From assembly GCA_951406725.2 (NCBI GenBank), contig OX597814.1, positions 52,328,001 to 52,392,000 of the forward strand: a stretch of DNA of 64,000 nt, in the 5' to 3' direction. Source of the DNA: Octopus vulgaris (taxonomy: Eukaryota). This document shows positions 40,480 to 52,989 of the stretch, piece by piece. Numbering within the stretch: the stretch's first letter is position 1; each line of letters starts with the position of its first letter. Below the pieces are notes generated by a model that saw only the letters and a program-made list of their open reading frames with translations, did not search any database and was not told where the DNA came from. Made by a program: the position numbers and the translations under genes.

Positions 40480-40930
40480 CAGATTTTCTGGCAAAATTGC
40501 CCACATGTGTTTCATTCATTTCCATCACATATTTGTCATTACATTCAACAATGCCCATTCCTATGCAGATGATCCCACCCTTCATTCATTCTGCACCTAA
40601 GCATCATCCACATGTAACCTAAACACCTGACCAAACCTACACTGACTCCATGAACAAAGATTTCAAAAATCACTCCCCAATGGGGTTAGGTCAATCTTGA
40701 CTGCTTTAATAGCATAATGACAATCAGTACACATATCAAAGAAATATTATCACAACCCATCCCCTTGAATAACATCCAACTAGAACTTGCAAGTTTGTTA
40801 CAAATGCTAGGCCTCATTATCAGAGAATCTCCCCTGGTAAATGCACATCTGCAACATAGCAAAGACTGCATCATAAAGAATGGTCTTCTTCACAGCCAAA
40901 AATACTTCAGCCTTATTTACCCACAAACAG
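40480..40930 (+). mobile_element. CR1/L2/Jockey-group LINE RT fragment
   Basis: HSYADDPTLH at ~40556-40585, then QWG*VNLDCFN and MLGL...NIAKTAS in typical RT order. Confidence 0.65.
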
Positions 40931-40949
40931 CTATCAACTCTCAACAAAG

Positions 40950-41252
40950 CTTAACGTTGTAGCATTTAAACCAGCCTTATTGAGCCCAAATATTCTACAT
41001 GTTTTATGTTCAAACCTACTGGATCTGTTCTATCACACCTACCCTGCAATATCATTCTAAAAATAAACAGGCACACCATCAAAATCTATAAGCTATAAAA
41101 AATCATATAAATTTAAAACAATGTGAAGGAGTAAAGTGTGACTGGAAAAGGATTAAGTGAGACATACAACAAAGTACGTCTCCCACATCTGCACACAAAA
41201 CAAGTAGAATATTTGGGTTGGATATAGCCAGTTTGAATGTTAAAGAGTTAAG
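40950..41252. mobile_element. Rearranged fragments of the same TTAA MITE family
   Basis: tagcatttaaaccagcc...ttatgttcaaac segment plus an oppositely oriented gtagaatatttggg...aatgttaaagagttaa end. Confidence 0.6.
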
Positions 41253-43861
41253 AGGAATATAAACTGTGATTTCATCACTCACAGAAGCTTGAAAAGCCTG
41301 CATAGCCCTTTCCTCCAGATGAAACCAATAGAAAAAAGAAATAAAAATATAAAGCATTTGCTTTCCTACTTCCATACCATTTGAGGCTGACTGGAACTAC
41401 TTTACAATAACATCAAATTTTCTGTCAAAAAGCGCTAAGATATGTTCCAACACAAGCCAAAAGAGCCAATGAAGAAGTCTCTGTAAGGTTGTTTGGTCTG
41501 CTAGAAGTAGCAGCTAAAACACCTTCAAATCATAACCTACTATTTTAAAAAATGAAAATTGGATAATGTAGTGCTGGGTGCACTATGACTTGAAAAAAAC
41601 CCTAAAAATCAAAAACAGGATGGTAATGGCTAGGATGTCTTTAATCATGTTTGATTATAGATTTGCTTGATGATGGCTGTTTTGGGAGCCAAATAACAAC
41701 ATAAACATTTAACTACTAGAGAGCGAACCAAAATGGTTTAAACAAAAACAGATCAGAAAACTAGATGGTGATTTTGTGCCAGTCTAGAGGTGTATAAATT
41801 GACAGCTGTTGGGGACTCAGAATTTGCTTGCTCTAATCTTTGTTAAATTATTCTCAGAACTTTTGAGAAAAATAATTTGCTTATGGCAGAAAAGTATGCC
41901 AATTACTTTGAGAAGTTTCTCAAACAATAAGATGAATTGGTGACTAATATGGAATCATGAAAAAAGGCTGGCTGTTCTGTATTCAAAATATTCAAGAAAT
42001 AATGACAAATTGCTGCTGACAGATAACAAAGATGGTGACAATACATGCATACATTCTACGTGTTTATACTAGTGATATTTTCTCACTTGCATAATCAATT
42101 TTTTGAAAATGCTTTCACACAAGAAAGATAAAAATTTTTGATATTCTTGTCACCATTTTGAGTTTAGCTTTTTTTTTATATTAACAAAGGGTTGTAAAAT
42201 TGGCAAAAGCAACTTTCTTTGATTCATGATCTTGCATCATCTCATCGGTGGAACTGAAAGTAAGTTATATTCTAATAACCAGTTTCTAAATCTTTAATCT
42301 TTATATATTGCTTCTAGTCAATTTATCCACAGTCTGCTGGCACTTTTGTCACTCAGTATCAATTTACATGCAAGCCAGTGAGACAACTTCACAAGTAGTA
42401 ACAACTGGGTTGGCCTGTACCACTTTAAACCAGGTTGGAATGGTAACAGGAAACTGTTTTCAAAAAAAAAAATAGCTTAAAGTATTTTTAATTAATCATC
42501 TTTTAAAAATACCATGTATTAATGTAATAGCAAAAGTCAATATGCTTTTTCTGTGTTGTCATAATGTAAGAGACCAAGTTATACAGGTATACAATGGCAA
42601 CTATATAGTAGAGCATATGTACAACTTAGAGAGAACCATTTTGTATATACTTTATTCATTTGTTCCATGTCTGTCTTTCCATATCAATGTGGATTGGATA
42701 ATGGGGAGAATTTGAGGCAACATTCTATATCTTGATGTCCTTCCTGTTGCTAACCCTTACCTATTTTTTAAGTAAGGGAATTTTTTTTGATTCAAATATG
42801 AAGCTTTCCTTTCATAAATCCCAAGTTACTTTGGTGGTTGAAAAAAAATTTTGAATGTATATCATATATGATGCATGGATGCCAGAGGAATATGTTCTGT
42901 GTATCACAGGACAGGCAAAAGGCTAAAAAATAAGAAATAGCAAATGAAGTTCTCATAATTGACAGGAAAGAAAGTGGGGATGTTGAAGACAATAAACCAT
43001 AGCCCAAGAAGCCCAAACACTGTTAAATGAGAATCCTTTGAATCCCTGGCTAACAACATTTCTTCCATCAACTTGTTAATGGAAACTGCCTCCAGAAATC
43101 AATATCTTAAAGTCTTACAGAAATTAATTATCTAGAATTGTCACTAGTAAGTAAACAATTGAAATTCTCCAAGTCAATTTGACTGAACCCTGTTACAGCT
43201 GTTAGGTATGTTTCTGATAGTGAAGATCCACCAAATGTTGATGCAGTTCACCATCAATCATTTCAGATTTCTACGAGCAGGAGGCAGGGAACAGTGGACC
43301 ATCATATCTCTACTATAATGATTATTACTATAATTCATAAGGACAAGGGGTCACACCTACTTCTGTTTCATTTCCACCACATCAACCTCATGTGTCATAA
43401 GTAATAATTTACAGAATTAGCTTTTAGATCTTTACATACTGTAACATTAAATATTGTAATAAAGTATGTTTTCATGTTTTATATAGTTATACAATGTTTA
43501 CAGTATTTTCTGTAATTTTGTTACTGTTTATTATACTGTAGATATTTTCAATGGAATATATGCTTACAATATTAACAGCTACTCTCAGTTAATATGGATA
43601 GTTGGTTAAATTGGAAAACTCTTTCCCTGTATTAGGACAATTAAATGAGTGTTCACAATATATATATATATACACATATATATATATGATAGATTTCTAT
43701 ACAACTTCATCATCATCATCATATATATATATATGATGGATTTCTATACAACTTCCATCTGTTAATTATCAGCTTTAGATTTATTTTTCAGATATCTCTC
43801 TTGGGCAACTCTCTAGTAATCTGTCTTTTCGGTGGTAATCAGTCAGTTAACTCTTTCAATA

Positions 43862-44033
43862 GTGAGAATTTATAAATAAAAAAAAGATGAAGACGGGTGT
43901 GTAAATAATGCACAGGAAGTGAGAAAGTCTTTTACGTTTCAAGCCTACGCACTTCGCACTTCGACAGAAAGGAACACAGAAATAAACAGGGAAAGAAAAT
44001 AGAAAAAGGTTTAGTGGCTAGAGATCTATCATG
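43862..44033 (-). mobile_element. 172-bp insertion with minimal hammerhead-like motif (Penelope pLTR/retrozyme-like)
   Basis: 11-bp TSD CTCTTTCAATA (43851-43861 and 44034-44044). Minus strand reads TTT CTGTCGA...GAAAC GTA AAA. Confidence 0.6.
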
Positions 44034-44259
44034 CTCTTTCAATAATTGTCTGCACCAAATTTTTGTAATAGAGTGAAAATGGGGATAGGCAATTTTTTCA
44101 AAACTATGGCTTTAAGAAGAAAACATAGACAAATTTAATAGCTTTAGGTATGTGTTAATGACTGCGGTTTTATGGGTGTGGTGATTAGAAATGTATTTAA
44201 TATGATTGCAGAACAATCTATATATGAAGCATCAAAACAAGGAGATAAATGTATTATAA

Positions 44260-44566
44260 TCTTTTATTTCTTACTTGTTTCAGTCATTAGACTGCAGCCA
44301 TGCTGTGCCACTGTTCTGAGGAATTTTAGTCAAACTAATCAACTCCAGTACTTACTTTCTTTTTAAGTCTGGTACTTATTCTATCAATCTCTTTTGCTGA
44401 ACTACTGAGACACACACACACACACACTATATGTATACAATGGGCTTCTTTCAGTTTCCACCTACCAAATCCACTCACAAGGCTTTGGTAAGCCTGAGGC
44501 TATAGTAGAAGACACTTGCCCAAGGTGTCACACAGTGGGGAAGCAACTTCTTACCACACAGCCATG
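44260..44566 (-). mobile_element. SINE
   Basis: gggcttctttcagtttcc...aatccactcacaaggctttgg...cttaccacacagcc. Confidence 0.8.
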
Positions 44567-46198
44567 AATATGAAAACGAAATGAATATAATCATAACGTC
44601 TACAAGATATTTTGTCCATAACAATTATAAACTATGTATAATTCAGCATCAGTTCAGAGTTTAGCAATGCCAATAATTACTATGTATGATGATGGTGATG
44701 AGTGGTTATTTGAATAACAACTAAATGTAATGATAATGTGAATGCAATGTTAATGAGCTTATGCATGAGTTATTATGCGACAAAAAATGTCTCCTTTTAG
44801 TTTTTCAGTTATGGATGGACTGGAAATAATTCCCTGCTTATTTGTGGGTGACATATTAAGACAAGGAATAAGGCCTGAAATTTGTGGAGAGGAGGTAAGT
44901 CAATTTCATTGACCTAAGGGTTTGAAAGATACTTAATTTATTGATTGTGAAAGAATGAATGATAAAGTCAACCTCAGCAGAATTTGATGTCAGCACATGA
45001 AACTGGAAGAGATGCTGCTAACAATTCTGCCATTCATATCTAGGTTGCATTATAAGAGTATACATCGAATTTGTACATGACTGGTACTTTATTTCATCAA
45101 CCATGAAAAGATGAAAGGCAGAATTTCAACTCAGAATGTAGAGGCCCATAATTTAATAGCAAGCAGTATTTTGTTTAATGTTCTAATGATTTAGTGAAGT
45201 TAACTTTAGATATGAATAATTTCTATTTATTAAATAAAATTGTAACATGAATTCTATAAATCTTTTTCAAAAAGTTTCTTATTCAGTTATTTATTTAGTA
45301 ATTAAAGTTTCAAACTCAGCCTGAAAGCCAATTATTATTGGAAGCATATATAGACAAATTAACTGAACCTGGTTTAATACTGTTAGTTATTTTACAGACT
45401 ATGAAAGGATGAAAAACCAAGTTGGTCCTGAAGGAATGTTGTTTAAACACTTTAACTGAAAACAACATATGATCAAGAGTATTCCAGCAATGATCATCTC
45501 ATCTTTTTTCATTGTATTTAATTTATCCTATTTTTTTTTTATCTAATATCTACTCTATTGAGTGGTTGATGTTAGGAAGGGCGTCCAGCTGTAAAAAATC
45601 CTGCCAAAACAGTCACAGAAGTCTGGTATAGGCTTCTGCCTGACTGTCGCTTGTGAAACCATCCCACTCATGCTAGCATAGAAGGCAGACATTAACGATG
45701 ATGATGATGATAATGATGATGATATATTTGAGTATTATTTCTAACAGGTCATGCAACCATGATCCCTTTTCTGGTCCATAAGTTCAGGATCTGAAGCTAA
45801 ACATATTGAAGCATTTAATTTTGGACTAGTGCTTTATTATATTTGCCAATTCAACATCCTTGATAAATTAACATTGGTTAATGTTGGTTAAGTCAATAAA
45901 AGGTCAGACTAATAGCTATATCCTGTCAGGGAAGAGAGTCCACTTAAATGTAAATTGATAGGATGAGTTGACAAAACTAAGCGTTGTAAGTGACACGAGC
46001 GCAATGAAATGGACAAATGTTTCATTATTTCATTCAGACAAGCTAAGTAGTCCTAGATATTTTACAAGAATTCAAGTCTTTAGTGGTCTTCAGGGATTCA
46101 ATGGATAGCTGAAATCATTATTTTAAAATGGATCCTGAAAACTAATGTATTATGGAATACCGCTATTATTAATATCGTGTTGAGTCAAAATCTTAGTA

Positions 46199-47461
46199 TC
46201 AGGCTGAGTAAAAAGTAAGCAACGTTTTGGAACATGAAATTCATCACAATATATTTCAACCATGCAGAAATTATATTCATCAAAATAAGTACCATTACAA
46301 TCAACACATTTTTGCCAACAAGTTACAAGTTTGTTTATTCTGGTAACATAAAAATCTGGAGTTCTGGAACTGATGTACTCTTTGAATGCACTTTCAGCAT
46401 CGGTTTGATTTTTGAAATCCTTCTCTTGCAGGAAACCATCAAGGTGCTTGAGAAAGTGGTACTCGGTAAGTGAAAGGTCTGGGGAATAAGCTGGGTGGGG
46501 AAGAACTTCATAGCCAAGTTCCCACAACTTCTGGAGTGTCATTAGTGAAACGTGTGGTCAAGCATTGTCATGAAGAATGATTGGTCCTCTTCTGTTGACC
46601 AGTCTGGGATGAAGGAGTAGCAGTTCTTTTTATTCATTTTGGCAATTTCATAGCAATATGTTTTTGCAGTAATGGTTTTTCCACATTTTAAGAAGTTATA
46701 GTGGATGAGTCCAGCAGTACATCACCAAACAGTTATCATAACCTTCTCAGGTTTAGGGAAGGTTTTTGGTGCTTCAGTTTGATTCAACCACTGCAAAGAA
46801 TGTTTTTTATTATTGTACAGAATCCACTTTTCATCACAAGTTACAATACAGTCGAGAAAAGGATTGGTCTGGTTATGGAGAAGAAGCAACAAGCAAATTT
46901 CATATCTGTGCATTTTCTGATCTCTTTCAAATTGTGTGGTACCCATTTGTTGAGCTTTTTTGATTTTCTGATCACATGCAAATGATTACAGGCAGTTTTC
47001 TGGCTAATTTGAAGTTCTTTTGGCAGTTCTCAAGTGGGTTTATGTGGATCTTTCTCAATGACGGTCTTTAATTGACTGTCATCGATGATAGATGGGCATC
47101 CACTACACTTACAATCTTCAAGGCTCAGGTCTCCACTGTGAAATAGCTTAAACCAAAACCATTTTTGAGCTGACCATTCACTGGTCATTTCTTCACCAAA
47201 TGTTTCATTGATATTGCGAGCAGTTTCAGCTGCTGTATGTCCTTTTTTGAAGTTGAATAGCAAAATTGCTCGAATATTGTGCTTTAACAGTTCCATTTCA
47301 GATGACTGTAACAACGGTGAAAAAATATCAATGTTAATTTATTGATGCATTTGGGCAAGTCTATGCCTTTATTATCAGACAATTTCAAAAATACAAAACT
47401 GCAAAAATCCAGTACAATTTCTTCATGGTTCAAAACGTTGCTTACTTTTTATTCAACCTGA
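46199..47461 (-). mobile_element. Full-length mariner (Hsmar1/cecropia-like), 1263 bp
   Basis: TIRs TCAGGCTGAGTAAAAAGTAAGCAACGTTTT and TCAGGTTGAATAAAAAGTAAGCAACGTTTT. TA target duplication at 46197-46198 and 47462-47463. Confidence 0.95.
46275..47296 (-). pseudogene. Decayed mariner transposase
   Basis: Motifs IRAILLFNFKKGHTAAETARNIN, WVPHNL, IVTCDEKWILY, ILHDNA*PH, YSPDLSLTEY and WQKCVDCNGTYFD, with stops and frameshifts. Confidence 0.93.
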
Positions 47462-47509
47462 TAATATTTTAATAGCTTATTTGCTTTATTCATCAAGTTA
47501 CAACAAAAG

Positions 47510-48078
47510 CAGCCAAGCATTCAAAGTAGAGGTCATTGTGTAACACCATATGAAGCCACTTTTCTGCCAATTCTTTGATCCCATACTTGATACCAGTTCT
47601 TTTCCTTTGAGTCAAAAAAATCCTTCACTGAAGCTTCTACCTCCTCTTGGTTGATGAAGAGTCATGAGTGCAGGAAGCGAGCCATGGATTGGAACAAATA
47701 ATAATCTGTGGGGAATATTTTTTTGCAATCCTAATGTGCACAAGCAGTGGTTAAGCAAGAGCCAAGTTCCAGAACCTGTTGTCAAACATGGGTGTTTTGA
47801 AGATAAGTTGATGCTCTGTGTCTGTTGGAATTATCAGGAGATAATTCACTTTCAGTTCATTTCAGTGATGCCAACCATCAATGTCAATCTGTATGCTGAA
47901 CCATCAATGCTAACCTGTACTCCAAACCTCTGGAGCAAATGTATGTCATTGTGTGGCATTGGTTAACAGAAAGCAAGTTCTTTTGCAACAAGACAATGCA
48001 AAGCCTCATACCACTCGAATGACCTGCAACAAACTCCAAGAACTTGAGGAAATGCCACACTCAGCTTGTGCTGATGAC
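47510..48078. mobile_element. Second mariner family remnant with internal inversion
   Basis: Minus strand ~47510-47713 encodes PTDYYLFQSM...FFDSK...GIKELAEKW. Plus strand ~47714-48078 encodes KLMLCVCWNY...LLQQDNAKPH...MPHSAC. Confidence 0.8.
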
Positions 48079-48289
48079 ACTTCATCAACTAAGAGGGGTT
48101 TGACATGATCAGATGAGCCAGAGGGCTGCACCAAGCTGCAATATCTGCTTCAGCATGCCATCCCTAATACTAACCGCTTCACAGAAATGTACTGGGTCCT
48201 TTTTTTCATGGCACCAACACTGGTGAGATCACCAAGAACCCACAAGACAAGATCCCTCAAATGAACTGTGTACATGGTTAACACCACCT

Positions 48290-48680
48290 CAAATCAGTGC
48301 TGATTTTGTGATCCCAGAAAGGGTTTACAGTTTTTGTAATACAGCTTTGTCAATGGTATGTATGTTAGGTTACAATGAGAGCAGTGATTGCATCTGTGCT
48401 TTTGAAAGAGACTAGGCTGTCATGTCCCCTTTGAAAGATGTTCTTAATGTCTTTGTAAAATCAGTGAATGTTTGGCATGAGATGTTTGGATTCTATGTGG
48501 AAAGACAAGTGAAGAATGTTATTTGTATAGGTGTTTATCTTGTTTAGGTGAAAGCAAGTAAGTCATTAATGTACAGACAGTAGAGTGTGTGTGGAGGACA
48601 TTACCAAACCTTGAGGTACATCAAAGATGATAGATTGAGGACCACAGTGAGATTCTATCAGCACATGGTGCAATACTGTG
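48290..48680 (-). mobile_element. CR1/L2/Jockey-group LINE RT fragment
   Basis: Reverse strand reads DVPQGLVMS...LYCLYINDLL, resembling the GVPQGS...YINDL motif. Confidence 0.6.
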
Positions 48681-49054
48681 GTCTGATAAGTATCATGGGG
48701 TTTAAAAAAGAAAAGCAAAAATTATATACTGATGAAGAGTACAGGAAAGTAACTTAATTAGGAGGTTTTCATGCAAAAACAGTTGACAATCATTGCTGAT
48801 GTCAAGTGCAATGACAAAGCTATTGCTGAAGTTCTCAGGAGCAAAGAACTACTGGTGAAATGATAATATTTAAAAAGACAGCAATAATGTATTTTAATTA
48901 AGAGATCACGTACGTATATTGCAAAACATATGTTTACATATAAAGCTAACAAATACATCAAGACAACAAAAGGAACAAGAAAAAAAGAAAAGAGAAAATG
49001 GGACAAGAAAAAAAGAAAAGAGAAAATGGAACAAGGAAAAAATATTAAAATTAC

Positions 49055-49214
49055 TTTTGGATGCTGCCAGAGCCTCTGCTACAGCCAACTTCTGTTGTTC
49101 TTTCAATGTTTCTCTTAAATTGTGATACTGTTTATTTTCACGTTGGAGGTGATCTATATTTTTTAGTAAGTCTTTTACTTCTTCTTGCCAGTTATCTTCT
49201 ATTAACTCCAGTTC
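49055..49214 (-). CDS. RILPL1: RILP-like protein, internal exon (end of RH1 domain/coiled coil): ELELIEDNWQEEVKDLLKNIDHLQRENKQ...ALAASK
   Basis: Acceptor ttttatgcag|GAA and donor AAA A|gtaatt; 160 nt, phase 0 to 1. Resembles the RILPL1 RH1 C-terminus (ELELVEDVWRGE-like). Joins in frame to the downstream exons. Confidence 0.88.
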
Positions 49215-49313
49215 CTGCATAAAACATAATATATATTATAATATAAACACATACACATACAGGCACATATATACACATATAACAAATGCATATATATAAA
49301 TATATACATGCTC

Positions 49314-49314
49314 A

Positions 49315-49378
<64 letters not shown>
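49314..49378. repeat. (CT)n(CA)n microsatellite
   Basis: Direct reading. Confidence 0.95.
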
Positions 49379-49382
<4 letters not shown>

Positions 49383-50052
49383 TATAATAAAAAGAATAGA
49401 TTATGAGGTATCCGAAGATGTTGTTTCAACAGCTTTTCCAAACAAGGGTGGTGGAAGTGTATGCAATTTTTGTTCATTAGCAGCATTAGAGACCCTACAG
49501 CAGAAACATAGTCTAATAAACAAGCCTAATGAATCATTAAGTTCCTCACACAAATAACTAAGTCTTTGGTAAAATTCCAATAACCTTAGCATTGGGGTGG
49601 GGGGTACCAGGCAGGGGAATTATCTCTGCATATTCACACTTATTTTGTCTACTTTTTTCCCTAAAGTAATGGTTATTAAGGAATAATTGATATTGGACCT
49701 TGATTAATTATTACTCACTTTAATTTTTATTGGAAATTCTTTTACTGCATCTTTTAAATTTTAATATTTTTATTCTAACTTAGTACTTTTCCATACTAGT
49801 TCAAATATTATTGCTATTAGCCTATCATTTCATTTCTTAAATCACAAGCACTTTAACTCCATTAATGGCTTAATTCTTTGGTTTTCAATTTGATTTTAGT
49901 CCCATTAATCCTTTTATCCCAAATTGTTACCATTTCACTCACAAGGCTTTGGTCAGCCCAATGCTGTAATAAAAGTCAATTGTCCAAGGTGCCACACAAT
50001 AGGACTAAACCTGAAATAATGTGGTTGGGAAACAAACTTTTTACCCCCCCCC

Positions 50053-50055
<3 letters not shown>

Positions 50056-50113
<58 letters not shown>
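50056..50113. repeat. (CA)n microsatellite
   Basis: Direct reading. Confidence 0.95.
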
Positions 50114-50114
<1 letters not shown>

Positions 50115-51235
50115 TCCAATCAAGAACAATTTAAGGACAATGATTAGTAATGAAGAGAAAAATTAGTTAAAATTTTTATTAGCAATTCCACATTTTATGA
50201 ATAATCAGTTAAATCTATAAAGCTTCTTAAGAACCAAAGAATATAATTGATTTTTTTCTAAATGGCTGTCTTACTTTAAAATTAGGGAAAATTTGTAAAA
50301 TATAGCAAAATCATCAAAGTTGTAAAGAAAGACATTCCAATGAAGAGCAGAAAGTAGGCAGTAGATTTCATTTGCTGTAAACTTACTGTTGGCTATGCCA
50401 TACATTTGAGCTCACTACACAAGTTTAGATGAAGAACTGCTACTTATTAAATAGCAAATGTGTCATGATTCATGTCATTTTCCTTTAGAAACATTTTTGT
50501 AATAAACTTCAAGCCAGACTATTTGACTTTCTTCATTTTTCTTAGATAAATAAAACCAAAATTCATCACCATTTTATTATTCTATCCATGTCAGTCTGAT
50601 AGAACGGAAGGCTATTCCACATTCAAAAATAAAATTAATCAAATCTGACAGACATTTCCAAATGGGTACGATACTAATTTATTCAAAAGACAATTCTGGT
50701 TAGATGTGACATAGCAAATTGTTTTCAATTCATTGCATTTCTTTTTTGAGGTCTACTAAATGAAAGACTAAAATCTAAAACAGGTAAACTATATACCATT
50801 AAGCTTTCAAAGTGAAAATATAAGAAGCAGAACACATTTTTTTTTGTTTTCGAAATCCAATCCAGCTTCTAAATAAATGTGGTTTATTAACTGATACATT
50901 TTTAAAGTTTTTCTTTTCAATAAAAATGGTTGACTCAATGACACTTTTCAAAATTATAGTTTTACTCACTCTCATAAGCTTAGACTAAGCGATATAGCAA
51001 TATGGTTTTCTTGATTTATCAGTTGCACTTGACAAACTAAAAAGAGCACATTAAGAGCTCCACTGGCATTTGAATTGTTACTTTCAGTCTCTGGACTCAC
51101 ATAATTTACTTACACTACTTTGTTGACATACCAATCAAAGTTAATTGCATCAGTGATTAAGACTATATTTAGAAATCCAGTCAAAGTATTTTCCTGGCCA
51201 TTGTTTATTTAACTTAGAATAGTTTTATTCTCCCA

Positions 51236-51280
51236 ACTTACCTGAAATAAACAGTATTTAATTCTAACTAAAACAGTTAG
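51236..51280 (-). promoter_or_regulatory. Candidate recursive splice site (ratchet point), CAG|GTAAGT at 51242/51241
   Basis: Minus strand reads ctaactgttttagttagaattaaatactgtttatttcag|gtaagtt: branch-point-like CTAAC, U-rich tract, CAG, then an immediate consensus donor. Lies in the sense orientation of a long intron. Confidence 0.4.
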
Positions 51281-51419
51281 TTACTCAAGATAATTTTCTC
51301 TGTTTTCATATGTACTTTATCCTAAGCTTGATATATGTTCATTTCATGCTGAACAGTAAGATATAATATGAAATTACTAATACAATATCATATTAGTTTT
51401 GTTTGCTGAAAAGCTTTAG

Positions 51420-51965
51420 GCCAGTGTATTTAGATGTAATGTCATCAGCAAGCTCAGGATTTCCTGCGTGCAGTTACTCATGCCCTTTCTCAACAGCTAC
51501 AAGGTGTATGCATTTTTTAGCTAGTTCAAATCAAGAGGGATGATGTTTAGGGAATATCTCAGTGTCAAGGTAAAAACAATCTTCCTGGATCCAAATGACA
51601 AGTTCTGAATGTGAACACCTGTGATGAATTGGTGGTCATTTATGCCCCAAATGGGCAGGGCAGACAGACTTCCAGGCATCTAGAGTCTTTTTAGGAATGT
51701 TCCATTTATTAGTGCTTGATGGCGAATGGAATAGCATTTTAGATTCATGCTGAGATTGTGTAGGGATATCCAATAGAAAAGTGAATGTAAAAACTTCTTA
51801 AACCTACTCAAGAAGTTCTAAATATCTGTCAGGTAACAACTGGATTTCTTGAAAGATGCCAAAGTTGACATAGGCAAACTGTACAGGGTGATCCAAATCA
51901 TATTTAGATAGAGTATTGTAAGTTTTGGTTGGTAGATTACACAGACCACAAGTCTGTGATCAACA
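51420..51965 (+). mobile_element. L1/Tx1-like AP-endonuclease relic
   Basis: LVVIYAPNGQG, LDGEWNSILD (GDFN-like), SYLDRVL and TDHKSV (SDH) motifs in the correct order. Confidence 0.6.
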
Positions 51966-52989
51966 CAGCCAACCTAGATAGGATGCAGTGACAGGGAACT
52001 AGCTACTGGAAGCTGAATGTATTGTTCTTGGCATGGAAAACCTGTAGCAACTGGATTAGCAAGAGATTACCAGCAGCCAATGGTCATTCTCATATGTGTG
52101 TGTGTGTGTGTGTACATATGCATAGTCCTGGTCAAATTTAATATTTTCCTAAATATATTTTGATATAGAAATGAATGTTAATGGCATGTTACAATATACA
52201 TCAGTGCTCTTAGTACCATATGTCTATATGAGAGGACCTCTCAAGGTGAATACTACAATATTTGGTATTTTATATATCCATATTTAGTAGGATATAGAGA
52301 TTGCCATTCACTATATATAGTGAATATTTAAGGCTGAGAGAAGACAGAGGGTAGTATCTGTTTGGGGTAGAGTCGGTGGAGTAGACAGACATTCTAAATG
52401 GCATAGTCATAAAATCAAGATTTATTTGAAGCAACGTATGAGATATAGTAAGAGAATACTTCAAACAAGTTGTTGGCTGCTATTAAGGGATCGCCCACTA
52501 GCAGACCAATGATAATGGGACAGGGGAAGTCTTATCATGTAGTACTACAGTTAACTACAATAAAACAATGCTGCTATATTATATACAGATAAAGTTTAGG
52601 GCTATTCAAAAGATTATTAAGAAGAATATTTATGAATACTTTTAGTATATATCAAATTTTACACAATAGAGGGAGGAAAAGAAAATATAGAAATAGTTTA
52701 ATATTTATACACTTAAATACTAACTTATCAGATATCTTTCAATATTGATTAAATGATATTTACTGGTATTAATAAAGGAGTATTGAGGTAAAAGAACATG
52801 CTAATTATATATTTAAAATTTTAGACTCACAAAGGCCTTGGTCAACCTGAGGCTACAGTAAAAGACACTTGCCCAAGATGCCACGCAGTGGGACTGAACC
52901 CAGAATCATGTGGTTGGGAAGCAAGCTTCTTACCACATAGCTACACCTGTGCTTTGCTCAATATGCAGAAAAGGAGTGGGCAAAGACTC

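Larger units (their letters stand above)
38957..42907. repeat. Diverged ~115-bp direct repeat pair (38957-39072 and 42793-42907)
   Basis: Shared ctttcctttcataaa..ccaagttact.tggt.gttgaaa...tatatgatgcatgga..ccag.gga blocks. Confidence 0.7.
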
